64,000 nucleotides of DNA, taken from the NCBI GenBank assembly GCA_040755995.1, contig JBFMAF010000008.1, positions 96,001 to 160,000 of the forward strand, given 5' to 3'. Made by a program: the position numbers and the translations under genes. This document shows, in pieces, positions 18,193 to 28,409 of the stretch (positions are counted from its first letter, which is position 1; each line of letters opens with the position of its first letter). The stretch comes from Acidobacteriota bacterium (GTDB lineage: Bacteria > Acidobacteriota > CAIWXX01). The notes beneath the pieces were generated by a model. It saw nothing but the letters and a program-made list of their open reading frames with translations. It was not told the DNA's origin and made no database searches.

Positions 18193-19518
18193 ATGATTCT
18201 GAGCCGTGTGCATCGAGCGCTGCGGGCGGCACGATCGTGGCTGAAAGGGTGGTCGGCCGCCAGGGACAGGCAATACCACCAGTCGGTTTTCGCGATGCAG
18301 AACTACGATCCGTTCACCGATTCGTACATGGGCTACGTGACGATCAGGCGGTTCGCCGACCTGGTGTCTCCACATCTGGCCGGGTGCTCCACGGCGCTCG
18401 ATCTCGGCTGCGGCGTCGGGGAGATCACTTGCGAGCTGGCACGCCGTCATAGGGACATCTCGTTCTTGGGCGTTGATCACAGCGAGACGGGCGTGGCGCG
18501 GGCCCGAGAGAACGCTCGACGGCTGGAGTTGACGAACGTTTCATTCGAGGTCGGCGATGTCGAGACCTTCGAACCGCCACGCGCCACAGACATCGTTCTC
18601 ATGTTCGACGCATTCCATCACCTGACCGGCCCGGCCCGGTTTGTGCAGCGGATGAGGGGGTTCGCACCGCGATTTGCGCTCATCGAGCCCCATGGAGACT
18701 GGAAGGGGACATGGCGCAAGGACCTCGACTTCGATTGGCTAGTCGCCGAAATGGAGAAGATACGCAGTCGGATTGCATATGTCACGCTGGAGAGGGATGA
18801 GCCGTGTGATGCGCCTGCACCGCGGGAGGTTTCGGAAGGAGACCCGACGGAGCACCGATACTCGCTGCACGAATTCGAGACGTTTTTCGCCGGCATGTCG
18901 ATGAGCATACGCGGCACGGTGGCCGGGCTCGAGACATACCCGCCCGACCCACACCGCAGAAGCCCCACGCGGCAGATGCAGGGACGAGTGATGTATGAGA
19001 TGCTGAAGGAGCTGGATGAGATGCTGGTGGAGCGCGACCTCGACCTGCTCGCCAAGCACTGGCTGATCTACGCGAAACGCGGCGCGCCGAAGGAGCCGCG
19101 CCGGGTGCCACCCGCAATCCTCGAGCCGGCCGTGCCCGCAGGACTCGAAGGGCCCTACGACGTCGACTATGTGTCCTTCGACGGTCCAGCCGAAGTGCAG
19201 GCTGATGAGGTCTTCAGAGCGCTGGTCGGCCTGAGGAATCGAAGCTACAGACTGTGGTCCTCTTACGAGCAGGAAAACCCGGTCAAGGTCAGCTACCACT
19301 GGTTCGCCGGGTCGGGTTCGATGGTGATCGAGGATGGCACGCGAACCGCACTACCGCGGGCGCTCGCTCCGGGCGACGAGTGCTCGATCGAGATGACGAT
19401 CGCCGCTCCATCGGTGCCCGGCAAGTATGTCCTGGCCATCGATCTGGTGCACGAGGGCGTCACCTGGTTCAGCCAGGCCGGGAGCCCATGCCGCAGGATT
19501 CCAGTTCGTGTGCGGTGA
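18193..19518 (+). CDS. Class I SAM methyltransferase with a C-terminal Ig-like (NBR1-like) domain
   Basis: ALDLGCGVG, GVDHS, GDVE, DAFHH; C-terminal LRN.S...W...VKVSYHW...RTALP..LAPG....APSVPGKYVLAIDLVHEGVTWFS. Confidence 0.75.
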   Translation: MILSRVHRALRAARSWLKGWSAARDRQYHQSVFAMQNYDPFTDSYMGYVTIRRFADLVSPHLAGCSTALDLGCGVGEITCELARRHRDISFLGVDHSETGVARARENARRLELTNVSFEVGDVETFEPPRATDIVLMFDAFHHLTGPARFVQRMRGFAPRFALIEPHGDWKGTWRKDLDFDWLVAEMEKIRSRIAYVTLERDEPCDAPAPREVSEGDPTEHRYSLHEFETFFAGMSMSIRGTVAGLETYPPDPHRRSPTRQMQGRVMYEMLKELDEMLVERDLDLLAKHWLIYAKRGAPKEPRRVPPAILEPAVPAGLEGPYDVDYVSFDGPAEVQADEVFRALVGLRNRSYRLWSSYEQENPVKVSYHWFAGSGSMVIEDGTRTALPRALAPGDECSIEMTIAAPSVPGKYVLAIDLVHEGVTWFSQAGSPCRRIPVRVR

Positions 19519-19533
19519 GAGGAGGCGGACGAG

Positions 19534-20274
19534 ATGGTCGAATGGTACGAGGACGAGCGGTTCTGGACCGTGCTCTACCCGTTCTTGTTCCCGGCGGAAC
19601 GCTGGGCATCGGCCGAAGCCGAGGTCGACAGGATACTCGCGATGGTCAACATCCAATCCGGATTCGCTCTTGACCTCTGCTGCGGGCCGGGAAGGCACTC
19701 GGTAGCTCTGGCGAAGCGCGGCTTGAAGGTGACCGGCGTCGATCGAAGCCCGTTTCTTCTCGAGCGCGCGAGGGAGAACGGCGGGCGCGCGGGGTTGGAA
19801 GTCGAGTGGGTGCGGGAAGACATGCGGCGCTTCGTACGAGAGAACGCATTCGATCTTGTGCTGAACTTCTTCACATCATTCGGGTATTTCGACGACAGGA
19901 ACGAAGACGTTAGAGTCCTGGAGAACGTGCACCGGAGCCTCAAGCCCGGCGGGGCTCTCGTGATGGATCTCGTGGGCAAGGAATGGGTGGCCAAGGTCTT
20001 TCAGCCGACCACATCGGAGAAGCTTCCAGACGGGAGCCTTCTGATTCAAAGGCATGAGATCATCGACGAATGGTCTCGGATTCGGAACGAGTGGATCGTC
20101 ATCCAGGATGAGCGCGTCACATCGTTCTCATTCCAGCACACGATTTACAGCGGCCAGGAGCTCAAGGACCGTCTCGCGCGCGCCGGATTCGGGAACATCA
20201 GGCTCTACGGCAACCTGCAGGGGAAGGAGTACGGGCCGGATGCCGAGCGGCTGGTCGCTGTGGCGCGGAGATAG
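19534..20274 (+). CDS. Class I SAM-dependent methyltransferase
   Basis: LDLCCGPGRHS, GVDRS, DMR, FTSFGYF, LKPGG; GAGGAGG RBS. Confidence 0.9.
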   Translation: MVEWYEDERFWTVLYPFLFPAERWASAEAEVDRILAMVNIQSGFALDLCCGPGRHSVALAKRGLKVTGVDRSPFLLERARENGGRAGLEVEWVREDMRRFVRENAFDLVLNFFTSFGYFDDRNEDVRVLENVHRSLKPGGALVMDLVGKEWVAKVFQPTTSEKLPDGSLLIQRHEIIDEWSRIRNEWIVIQDERVTSFSFQHTIYSGQELKDRLARAGFGNIRLYGNLQGKEYGPDAERLVAVARR

Positions 20275-20339
20275 TCGAGAGGATTCCTCTACCCTGAGCT
20301 GACGGTCGTCCGCTCGTCCCGCCGGCTTCAGTAGTCACA

Positions 20340-20420
20340 GACGCGGTGACGCGGCGACCCGGAGACGCGGAGAATCCGGGGATCGAGGAGACGGAGAGAG
20401 GCACCGTGACGCGGAGACAC
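20340..20420. repeat. Octamer tandem repeat (GACGCGGN)n between convergent genes
   Basis: GACGCGGT GACGCGGC GACCCGGA GACGCGGA at 20340-20371, another copy at 20408-20415. Confidence 0.65.
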
Positions 20421-20459
20421 GCCATGCCGCGCCCGGGAGGCGGTGCGTCCTGCCTGGCC

Positions 20460-20933
20460 TCAGGCGTTCTTCAGCATGGCGATCTGGCCGGCGTGATACG
20501 CGCTGTGAGCGATGATGCCGTGGACTGTGGTGGCCACGGACACGCCGCCGCCGGTCTCTAGATTCCTCTCACCGCCGAGCCGTTCCTCCAATCGCGCGTC
20601 GCTGAGTCGCCCGAGCGAACGCCTCAGACTCTCGTGTACCTCCTCCAGATGACGCAGCGTGTCCTTCCACGACTGGGGATCGGTCTGCGCGATCTCGGGC
20701 CAGTCGCCTTCTTCGGGCAGGTCCACGACACCCGTGTCGAGCCGCCTCGCCACCGCACCTTCCCACGCCGCCACATGGAGCACGATTTCCCAGATGCTGT
20801 GACCGTTCGGAATCGGCCTCGCGGCGGCCTTCTCTGCCGTGACTCCGTCGATGATCTTCTTCAATGGATGCCCGTGCCACGGATCTCCATCCCATACTCT
20901 GTCGAACTGATCTATCAGCCTCGGCATTTCCAT
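20460..20933 (-). CDS. DinB-family protein
   Basis: WHG, HSIWEIVLHV..W, C-terminal HSAYHAGQI. Confidence 0.88.
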   Translation of the reverse strand: MEMPRLIDQFDRVWDGDPWHGHPLKKIIDGVTAEKAAARPIPNGHSIWEIVLHVAAWEGAVARRLDTGVVDLPEEGDWPEIAQTDPQSWKDTLRHLEEVHESLRRSLGRLSDARLEERLGGERNLETGGGVSVATTVHGIIAHSAYHAGQIAMLKNA

Positions 20934-21010
20934 TGCTCGCCCCCCCGCCATTCCCGGCGATGCTTCAGCTCACCCGCGTGTCTGGCGTCGCGCATTCAGA
21001 AAGCTCCAGG

Positions 21011-22300
21011 TCATCGCGCGGCCAGTTGCTTGTCGCAGACCGCGCGAATCACGCGGAGGAAGTTGCCGCCGAGGATCTTCTTGATGTCGTCTTCGGTGTA
21101 GCCGCGGGCGGCTAGCTCGCTGGTGATGGCTTCGAGCTTGCCGGCGTTTTCCAGGCCGACAGGTGTTGAGCCGATGCCGTCGTAGTCCGATCCGAGTCCG
21201 ACGTGATCGGCGTCGCCCATCACCTTCACGGCGTGATCGATGTGGTCTACGAGGAGCTTGACGTCCACCGGCGGGAAGCCCTTCCTCGCCTCCTCGAAGC
21301 GCGCCTTGAGCTCCTTCTCGAATTCCTCCCGCTTCTGCGGCTCCGCCTTTTCTATCTCGCGCCAGCTCGGAGGCAGCCCGTGCTTCTTCGCGACTTCCGC
21401 CAGAAGCTCCTCCTGTTTCTTGCTCAGCTCTGCATTCAGGAAGCCCGGAGCGAAGTTGATGCCGATGACCCCACCGTTCGTCGCCAGCGCCTTCAGCATC
21501 TCGTCGCTCAGGTTGCGGTGATGATTCGATAGCGCTCGGCAACAGGAGTGCGACGCCACCACCGGCGAATCGGTGATTCGAAGCACGTCCCAGAAGGTCT
21601 CGTCGTGCACGTGTGAGATGTCGATGATCATGCCGAGCCGGTTCATCTCGCGGACGATCCTCTCGCCCAGCTCGGTCAGGCCGCAGAACTCGGCCTTCTC
21701 ATCCCCCGATGCATCGGCCCAGTCGGTCCTGTTCCAATGAGTGAGCGTCATGATGCGCACGCCCCGGTCGTAGAAGTGGTTCAGCTTCGCAAGATCGTTC
21801 TCGATCCCATAGCCACCCTCGATGCCTATGAGCATGCCGATTCTGCCGGTCTTCTGCGCAGCCGCGTATTCGTCGAACGATCGCACAAGAGCGAGATCAT
21901 GCGGATTCTGTCCGACGAGCCGATACACGGCGTCGATCTGAGTTTCGATGCGTCCGGCGGCGGTCTTCTTCTCCTCCTCGTTCTCGGGCGGACCGACGAA
22001 ACAGGCGAACACCTGGAGGTCCACACCTCCGCGCTTCAGCTTCGGGATGTCGATGTGCCCCTCCGGCAGCTCTTTGCGGAGATCCTCCCCGTCGATGAAC
22101 CGGCTGATCGCGTCGCAGTGGAAGTCCACGATCATTGCATCTCGATGGACTGACGCGACCTTGTCAGCCGGAACGGCAACCTTCTCCGAGGCAGGAGCCT
22201 TTCCGCCGAGCACAAGTGCGAGCATCATAGCGGATGAGAGGGAGATGCACGAGACAGTGAGGTGGGTCGAGTCGGATCGTTCTGGCTCTTCGGTTCGCAT
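21011..22300 (-). CDS. Membrane dipeptidase (peptidase M19)
   Basis: DFHCD, IGIEGG, LTH, IDISH, ASHS...HRNLSDE, HVGLGSDYDG, ILGGNFLRV; GGAG RBS. Confidence 0.92.
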   Translation of the reverse strand: MRTEEPERSDSTHLTVSCISLSSAMMLALVLGGKAPASEKVAVPADKVASVHRDAMIVDFHCDAISRFIDGEDLRKELPEGHIDIPKLKRGGVDLQVFACFVGPPENEEEKKTAAGRIETQIDAVYRLVGQNPHDLALVRSFDEYAAAQKTGRIGMLIGIEGGYGIENDLAKLNHFYDRGVRIMTLTHWNRTDWADASGDEKAEFCGLTELGERIVREMNRLGMIIDISHVHDETFWDVLRITDSPVVASHSCCRALSNHHRNLSDEMLKALATNGGVIGINFAPGFLNAELSKKQEELLAEVAKKHGLPPSWREIEKAEPQKREEFEKELKARFEEARKGFPPVDVKLLVDHIDHAVKVMGDADHVGLGSDYDGIGSTPVGLENAGKLEAITSELAARGYTEDDIKKILGGNFLRVIRAVCDKQLAAR

Positions 22301-22495
22301 ATTCGTCTCCACGTTTGCTCTTCTGCCCATCACCAAGGTGAGACAGTCTACTCCAAAGGGTACGGGAAGCGCGAGCCTTGACAGAGATGGTCGGCCCAAA
22401 GATACTGCGCAGGTGTCTTGCGAACGCCTTGGCGAGGGCCCGGCATGCTGTATGACTGAGCCGCTGTCGGAACCTGCCCGACTTGGCGACAAGTG

Positions 22496-24715
22496 ATGAG
22501 AGCGCTGGCGCGCCTGGCGATGTCGCTCGCGGTGTTGCTCAGCGCCGCGATCTGCGCCCACGCATCGCCGCCGCTGCGAATCGGGTTGGCTCTGGGTGGA
22601 GGGAGCGCGCGTGGAATCGCCCACGTCGGCGTGCTGGAGTGGCTCGAGCACAATCATGTGCCGATCGACTACGTCGCCGGAACCAGCATGGGCGGCCTGG
22701 TCGGCGGGGCATACGCCACGGGCATGACACCGGCGGAAATCCGGGAGATGCTGGCGGGGGTGGACTGGGACCTCATGTTTCTGCCGGACGTCCCGTTCAA
22801 ATCCAAAACGTTCCGCCGCAAGCAGGACTCGCGGGCGTTTCCCACGGCGATCGAGCTGGGTCTCAGAGGTGGAATCCGATTTCCGTCCGGGCTGAACTCG
22901 GGCCAGCAGGTGGAGCTGCTGCTCGACCGCATCGCGCTGCCGTGTTGGGACGCCGGGAGCTTCGACGAGCTGCCGGTGCCTTTCCGGTGCGTCGCCACGG
23001 ACCTGCGCCGTGTCGAGGCTGTGGCGCTCGACCGCGGCCCACTTGCACGCGCCCTGCGGGCTACCATGGCGATCCCGGGTGTGTTTGCGCCCGTCGAGAT
23101 CGACGGACGGACTCTGGTTGACGGCGGCGTGATCAACAACGTCCCGGCCGACGTCGTGCGCGCCATGGGGGCCGACATAGTCATCGCAGTCGACGTTGGC
23201 ATCGATCCGATGACGGCGGCGCAACAGCAGTCCCTCTTTGGAGTGCTCGGTCAGACGATCGACGCGATGATGCTCCCGAATGTACGGCAGTCGCTCGCGT
23301 GCGCTGACATCGTGGTCCGTCCGGACCTGAGGGGCCTCGGTTCCATCGACTGGAGGCGAAGCGACGAGATGGCAGACCGCGGCTACGCTGCAGCCGACAC
23401 ACTGCGGGACAGACTCTGTGCACTGTCGGTCGACGAGGGCACGTACAGCCATCGTGAAGAGCTGCGCACCGCCGTCCGGCGAAAGCCCCTGCCCTCCCCC
23501 GTCTCGCTCACGGTGACGGGTATCCGGCCGGCGGAGCAAGCTGAAGTCCGTCGACAGCTGCGCGGGTACCTGTCGCACGAGCTGCAGGTCGAGCGGCTCG
23601 CCGCGGATCTGACCGAGGTCACCGGCACGGAGCGATACGAAACCGCTACCTACTCCCTGTGCACGACGCCCGACGGACCGAACCTGATGGTGGATGTCCA
23701 TCCGAAGAGCCACGGCCCGCCGTTTCTGAACCTCGCCTTCGACCTCGGCACCACCTCCTCGGCCGACTTCACGGCAGCCCTGCGCGGGCGGATCACCACA
23801 TTCGACACGATCGGTTCGGAGTCCGAAATCCGGGCTGACTTCGGCCTCGGCACTGGGATCACGGGCGGAATCGAGCTCTACCGCCCCTTCAGCAAGGTGC
23901 GGCAGGGATTCTTCGTGGCGCCGAGGGCCACATTCGAGCAGCGGCTGCTTAACGGGTACGTCGGAGACGAGTTTCTCGCGCAATATCGATTCCGCCGGTC
24001 GGCAGGGGCGCTGGACGTCGGATTCGGCACGGGCGCCTGTACGGAGGTCCGCGCGGGTGTTGAGATCGCGGACGTGCGCCAGCGGGTGCGCATAGGCGAT
24101 CCCGTCCTCACGGAAATCGACGGCTGGGAGCGCTTCGTGCGCATCCAGTACGAGCGGGACGGGCAGACCAGCCCGTTGGTCCCGACCCGCGGGGTCCACG
24201 TCGTCGCTCAGCTCCGTCGCTACTACGGCGTCGCTGGCGCAAAGAGCGGCGACGAGCCGATTCGGGGTCCGGATCGGTTCTGGAGAGCGCAGGTCGACCT
24301 TTCCTGGTTCCACTCGGCGAGCCGCAGGAACCGCATGTTTGCGCTCTTCTCGGGCGGCACGTCGTTCTCCGCTCAACCGCTCCCGCCCAACGACTTCACG
24401 CTCGGCGGCCTTCTGCGGCTCAGCGCGCTCAACAACGACGAGTTGCGCGGCAGCCGTATGCTCTTCCTCGCCACCGGCTGGCTCCACCAGATCGGCCGCC
24501 TGCCGGATATGCTGGGCGGGCCCGTCCACGCATCGCTCTGGATCGAGGAGGGCTCGGCATTCGAGTCCTTCGATGGCGCACAGTTAAGAACGAACATCAC
24601 CGGCGGCATTATCTTCGAGACGCTCTTCGGCCCGTTCTTCATCGGGGAGAGCGGCGGCTTCGGAAACGGGGCTCAGTCGCGGTTCTACATCTCGCTGGGT
24701 CCTCTCTTCCGTTGA
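22496..24715 (+). CDS. Patatin phospholipase + POTRA + Omp85-like barrel (PlpD-like, type Vd)
   Basis: Signal peptide; GGGSARG, GTSMG, DGG; C-terminal amphipathic strands ending FYISLGPLFR. Confidence 0.82.
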   Translation: MRALARLAMSLAVLLSAAICAHASPPLRIGLALGGGSARGIAHVGVLEWLEHNHVPIDYVAGTSMGGLVGGAYATGMTPAEIREMLAGVDWDLMFLPDVPFKSKTFRRKQDSRAFPTAIELGLRGGIRFPSGLNSGQQVELLLDRIALPCWDAGSFDELPVPFRCVATDLRRVEAVALDRGPLARALRATMAIPGVFAPVEIDGRTLVDGGVINNVPADVVRAMGADIVIAVDVGIDPMTAAQQQSLFGVLGQTIDAMMLPNVRQSLACADIVVRPDLRGLGSIDWRRSDEMADRGYAAADTLRDRLCALSVDEGTYSHREELRTAVRRKPLPSPVSLTVTGIRPAEQAEVRRQLRGYLSHELQVERLAADLTEVTGTERYETATYSLCTTPDGPNLMVDVHPKSHGPPFLNLAFDLGTTSSADFTAALRGRITTFDTIGSESEIRADFGLGTGITGGIELYRPFSKVRQGFFVAPRATFEQRLLNGYVGDEFLAQYRFRRSAGALDVGFGTGACTEVRAGVEIADVRQRVRIGDPVLTEIDGWERFVRIQYERDGQTSPLVPTRGVHVVAQLRRYYGVAGAKSGDEPIRGPDRFWRAQVDLSWFHSASRRNRMFALFSGGTSFSAQPLPPNDFTLGGLLRLSALNNDELRGSRMLFLATGWLHQIGRLPDMLGGPVHASLWIEEGSAFESFDGAQLRTNITGGIIFETLFGPFFIGESGGFGNGAQSRFYISLGPLFR

Positions 24716-25017
24716 GCCGGCCCCCATTGCGCATGTGTACACAGACGTCTCCCCGGTGTACACCCGTCAGCAGACCAGGTCTCGCTCCCCCAGGCCGCCA
24801 CTCGGACGCCCCGCCGAAAACCGGCAAACATAATCCGTTGCAGGGCGCGACGTTCCGTGGTATTGTCCTGGTAGCTGAACGGGTGTAGATACTCTTTCGA
24901 GAGACGGTTGCCCGGGTCGATCCGCTCCACGGCGCACGCTGAATCCTGGGGAGGTTGGGCTACAGGCGGAGGAGGCGGCCGAACAATCTCACTGGACGAA
25001 ATCAAGGAGACACTAGC

Positions 25018-26286
25018 ATGCCTCGGCGAGTGAGACTGCGCACGCTCATGCTCGCCATACTCTTTCTGGCCGTGACCTTCCCCCTGGGCATTCTCACGGC
25101 ATTCCATGCGTTCCAGTACTCGCGGCTCGAAAAGCAGAAGACCGTCAGCCGCTTGCAGGAGTCCGCTGAGGCAATGGCGGAGACAATCCAGATCGAGCTG
25201 CACCGGTACCGCGACGGCATCACCGTGCTGGCCGGACAGCTGGAACGCGCCGGCCGTTCGGACCGCGCTTCGCTCGAATCCGCGCTGGTCGACATCGCCC
25301 CAACGTATCCTGAGTTTCTCACCATGATCGTTGTGGATGCGAATGGCAAGATCGTGGCGGAGAAACAGAAGCAGGGTGCTCCGGTGAGCTCGTCGATCGG
25401 CCACTCGGTCGCGGACCGCGAGTACTTCCAGGTCCCGATGAAGACCGGCAGGAGTTTTGTCTCTGACGCCTTTCGCGGCCGCCATTTCGGCACGGACCCG
25501 ATCGTCGCCGTCTCGGCTCCGATCAAGATGCCGAACGGCGCCACATTCGTGGTCGAGGGCTCGCTCAACCTGTTGGATTTCGCCCGGCTGGAGGCGCGCT
25601 ACAAAGGCATACCGGGCGAACGGGTGCTGATCACCGACTCGAAGGATCAGGTGCTCTATGCCAGCCCATTTCTGAAGATCGCGCCCTTGACCGACGTCTC
25701 CGGCTCGAAACTGTTGGCGTTGGAGAAAGAGAGCAGCGGCAAGCCCTACGTCATCACCGAGGCGGAAGGCCCGACCTACATGGGCCACTACACCATCCAA
25801 CCAAGCCTCTGGCACGTGTACTTCGGCCAGCCGGTGTCCTACTCCCGGGCAGATCTGCGATCCTATCACCTGGCAGCTGTGCTGGTCGGAGTGGGCGGGA
25901 TCATCATGTCCTCCCTGCTTGCAACCTGGATGGCGCGTTCAGTCAACAGACCGATCCACGCGCTCGCGGAATCTTCGCGCAATCTGATTATGAATGGAAA
26001 ACGTCCCAATATCTCACCCAGTGCCACGACGCCCATGGAGATCGCCGCTCTGGTTGATGACCTGCAGCTCTACAGCGAAAGACTGAGCAAGGCGCTGACG
26101 GGCCTGTTGCCCATCTGCTCGAGTTGCAAGAGCATCCGGGATGAAAACGGCAACTGGATCCGGATCGAGTCATACATCAAGTCGAAAACCGAAGCCGAGT
26201 TCACTCACGGTCTCTGCCCGACGTGCGCAGACAGGCTCTACCCCGAGCTGAGATCCGGTGCGTGGCGCCCACCTGACAGAACGTAG
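25018..26286 (+). CDS. Cache-domain membrane sensor with HAMP-like linker and C-terminal Cys4 domain
   Basis: Two TMs flanking DANG....VADREYF...VSD...PIVAVSAP (dCache); tail LLPICSSCKSIR...FTHGLCPTC; AAGGAG RBS. Confidence 0.8.
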   Translation: MPRRVRLRTLMLAILFLAVTFPLGILTAFHAFQYSRLEKQKTVSRLQESAEAMAETIQIELHRYRDGITVLAGQLERAGRSDRASLESALVDIAPTYPEFLTMIVVDANGKIVAEKQKQGAPVSSSIGHSVADREYFQVPMKTGRSFVSDAFRGRHFGTDPIVAVSAPIKMPNGATFVVEGSLNLLDFARLEARYKGIPGERVLITDSKDQVLYASPFLKIAPLTDVSGSKLLALEKESSGKPYVITEAEGPTYMGHYTIQPSLWHVYFGQPVSYSRADLRSYHLAAVLVGVGGIIMSSLLATWMARSVNRPIHALAESSRNLIMNGKRPNISPSATTPMEIAALVDDLQLYSERLSKALTGLLPICSSCKSIRDENGNWIRIESYIKSKTEAEFTHGLCPTCADRLYPELRSGAWRPPDRT

Positions 26287-26363
26287 CGAGGCCGGGCCTC
26301 GGACCGATGACTCATGCAGGGCCCCTCTGGCCCCGCCTCGCGTAGAGAGTAGAGAGTGGCAGG

Positions 26364-26398
26364 GACGCGGTGCGCTGCGTCGCCCCCTCACCGCGTCT
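26364..26398. repeat. Hairpin built from the same octamer, between convergent genes
   Basis: GACGCGGTG ... CACCGCGTC; preceded by GTAGAGA x2. Confidence 0.5.
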
Positions 26399-26438
26399 CC
26401 GCCACGGTCGCGGATCGCCAACGGCCCGGAAATGCGCC

Positions 26439-28409
26439 TCAGAATATGAAATCGGCCGTGGCCGTCTCTGTGCCCACGATCTTCACGCTCTTCTTGATCT
26501 GCCTGGTTCCACGCTTTGCGAGGAGCTGGTAGTCGCCGGCCCGGAGAAGCCCGAGCGAGTACTTCCCGTCCGTGCCGGATGTGACTGTCCTGACGATCCC
26601 GTACTTCTTCAGCGATACGGTTACCGGCACAGCGCTCAGCACTGTTCCCTTCTTGTCTTTCACTGTTCCCGCGACGGCTCCACCCGTAAGGGCTACGTTA
26701 ATGGCGGCGCGGTCCTCCACTCCGGCCTTCCAGAATGTCTGCCAGGCCGAGATGAAGGACTCGAACTTGGTCAAGTCGGTCGTGCTCGGCGTCGCGCCCT
26801 GTTTCACCAGCATGACGAAGCCTTGATTGAGGACATGCTGAGACTTGTCCCACAGCGGATTCCGCTGCCCTTCCGCCTGGATGATCTGGCCGACATTGAC
26901 ATTGACGCGCGTGCCGTTGAATGTCACGCCGACTTTGGGTGAGGTGCTGGGGTCTCCGCCGGCACCCGTGACGTAGAAGGAATCAGGCACCGACGAAGAG
27001 GGCCGGAACCCCATGAGGTAGTGATCCCACCCGGAGTATCTCATCGATGCCGCGATGGTGCCGAACGTGCCGTTGCCGTTGTCCTGGATGTCATTGCCTT
27101 CCATGCAAGACGCGTCTGTATCGAAGTAGAACGACCAGTGGGCGAGGGAACGGCCCAGGAGGTTCGTCGTTCGCACGCCGTTCTCCATGATCCGTGGCTT
27201 GGCCAGCCAGAGGTGGCCCGTCTCTTCGCCCATCACGCTCACAGTGCTGGATTCGCCCAGAAACTTCTTCGTTGGATCGCTGGGGTACTTGTGGATATAG
27301 TCCATGACCACCAGGCTCTTGAAGCGCCCGCTGCTGCCGACGAACGAGCTGAAATCGTAGATCTCCTCACCGATCCCGCCCACCTCGTTCTTCAGCGTCA
27401 TCTCGTATGCGAAGGCCCCGGAGCCCCTCGGTATGATCTGCACCTCGCGGCTGTTCGTCCAGATCTGGACAGTGTCAAACGAGTCGCCGTGCGATGCCAG
27501 AAACTTGCGGATGACGGCGAACTCGTCGATCGCTTTCGTGTTCGAGAAGATCTCGCCGATCGCACCCTTGAGGCTCGCAATGGGCAGATCCGTCGCGTAG
27601 TCCACAACATCCGGGGTGCCTCCGCTGGACATGCCGGGAGTGATGCCCACGATCGCGCGGGTCGGCGACATGCTGCTCGTCCAGTTGAATTGAATATCCC
27701 CGGACTTGTAGAGCACAACCTGGAAGCGGTTGGCCGGGAGCGGCGTCGATTCGCTGAACTCCGGGACGTTGTTCCAGGTGATCACGACGCGGTCAGCCAA
27801 CTTCGCAAGGTCGACCTCGCCGCCTTGCTGCGGGTTCAGATCGTCGAACAACGGTGCGATCCGAACCAGCGCGTTGAAGCGCGTGAAGTTGCGGTCAGTG
27901 CTCTCGTCATCCCCCTGCTCGAACGTGACATTCCCGTCCGAGTTCACATAGGCACGAGTGTGGGTCTTCGAGAAGAACTTGAAGGAGAAGCCGATGTCCA
28001 CCGGCTCGGAATCGTCGTCGCCCAGATCCAGCTTCGGACCCGCCGTCTCATCGAACACGGCGCCCACGAACTGCACAGCATAGCTGCCATCTTTGTTTCG
28101 CTTGAACTTGACGGACCTCTGTTTCAGATCAAACGGATTGATGTCAACCAGAATGCCGCTCTGCTTGGTCGCCTCGATCACGGCCACGTTCCCGATGTCA
28201 CGATCGCCTGGCGACCGCAGCTCCAACGGAATCCCCTGCCGCTCGAGCTGCCGAAGGTTGAACAGGTGTTGCGAGAGCGGCGCCAGCGGCGGACCGCTGG
28301 TGGTGCCGCAGTAATGTCCCTGGCGCCAGTCACTCGGCCCGAGCGGCCGGGCGCCCACTACCGCCGGGACTACGGCCATGACCAGCGCAACTGCCAAAGC
28401 TCTTCTCAT
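26439..28409 (-). CDS. Secreted protein: NIDO-like domain, zincin-like region (EExxH) and C-terminal carboxypeptidase-regulatory-like domain
   Basis: Signal peptide; LGDDD..V.IGFSF.FF, IAPLFDDL.P, FQVVLY.SG.I; GEETGHLW, HWS, DHYLMG; GTVKD.KG.....V.V....T.SG.DGKY....L..G.Y. Confidence 0.6.
   Translation of the reverse strand: MRRALAVALVMAVVPAVVGARPLGPSDWRQGHYCGTTSGPPLAPLSQHLFNLRQLERQGIPLELRSPGDRDIGNVAVIEATKQSGILVDINPFDLKQRSVKFKRNKDGSYAVQFVGAVFDETAGPKLDLGDDDSEPVDIGFSFKFFSKTHTRAYVNSDGNVTFEQGDDESTDRNFTRFNALVRIAPLFDDLNPQQGGEVDLAKLADRVVITWNNVPEFSESTPLPANRFQVVLYKSGDIQFNWTSSMSPTRAIVGITPGMSSGGTPDVVDYATDLPIASLKGAIGEIFSNTKAIDEFAVIRKFLASHGDSFDTVQIWTNSREVQIIPRGSGAFAYEMTLKNEVGGIGEEIYDFSSFVGSSGRFKSLVVMDYIHKYPSDPTKKFLGESSTVSVMGEETGHLWLAKPRIMENGVRTTNLLGRSLAHWSFYFDTDASCMEGNDIQDNGNGTFGTIAASMRYSGWDHYLMGFRPSSSVPDSFYVTGAGGDPSTSPKVGVTFNGTRVNVNVGQIIQAEGQRNPLWDKSQHVLNQGFVMLVKQGATPSTTDLTKFESFISAWQTFWKAGVEDRAAINVALTGGAVAGTVKDKKGTVLSAVPVTVSLKKYGIVRTVTSGTDGKYSLGLLRAGDYQLLAKRGTRQIKKSVKIVGTETATADFIF

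Noticed and set aside
21011..24529. 1172-aa minus-strand ORF
   Set aside because: Only the last 429 aa are a dipeptidase (start 22300 with RBS); the rest is the antisense shadow of the patatin gene
24720..25010. Possible c-di-GMP-I riboswitch (GGCAAAC)
   Set aside because: Lacks the following GAAA-tetraloop stem and GACGCAAAGC segment
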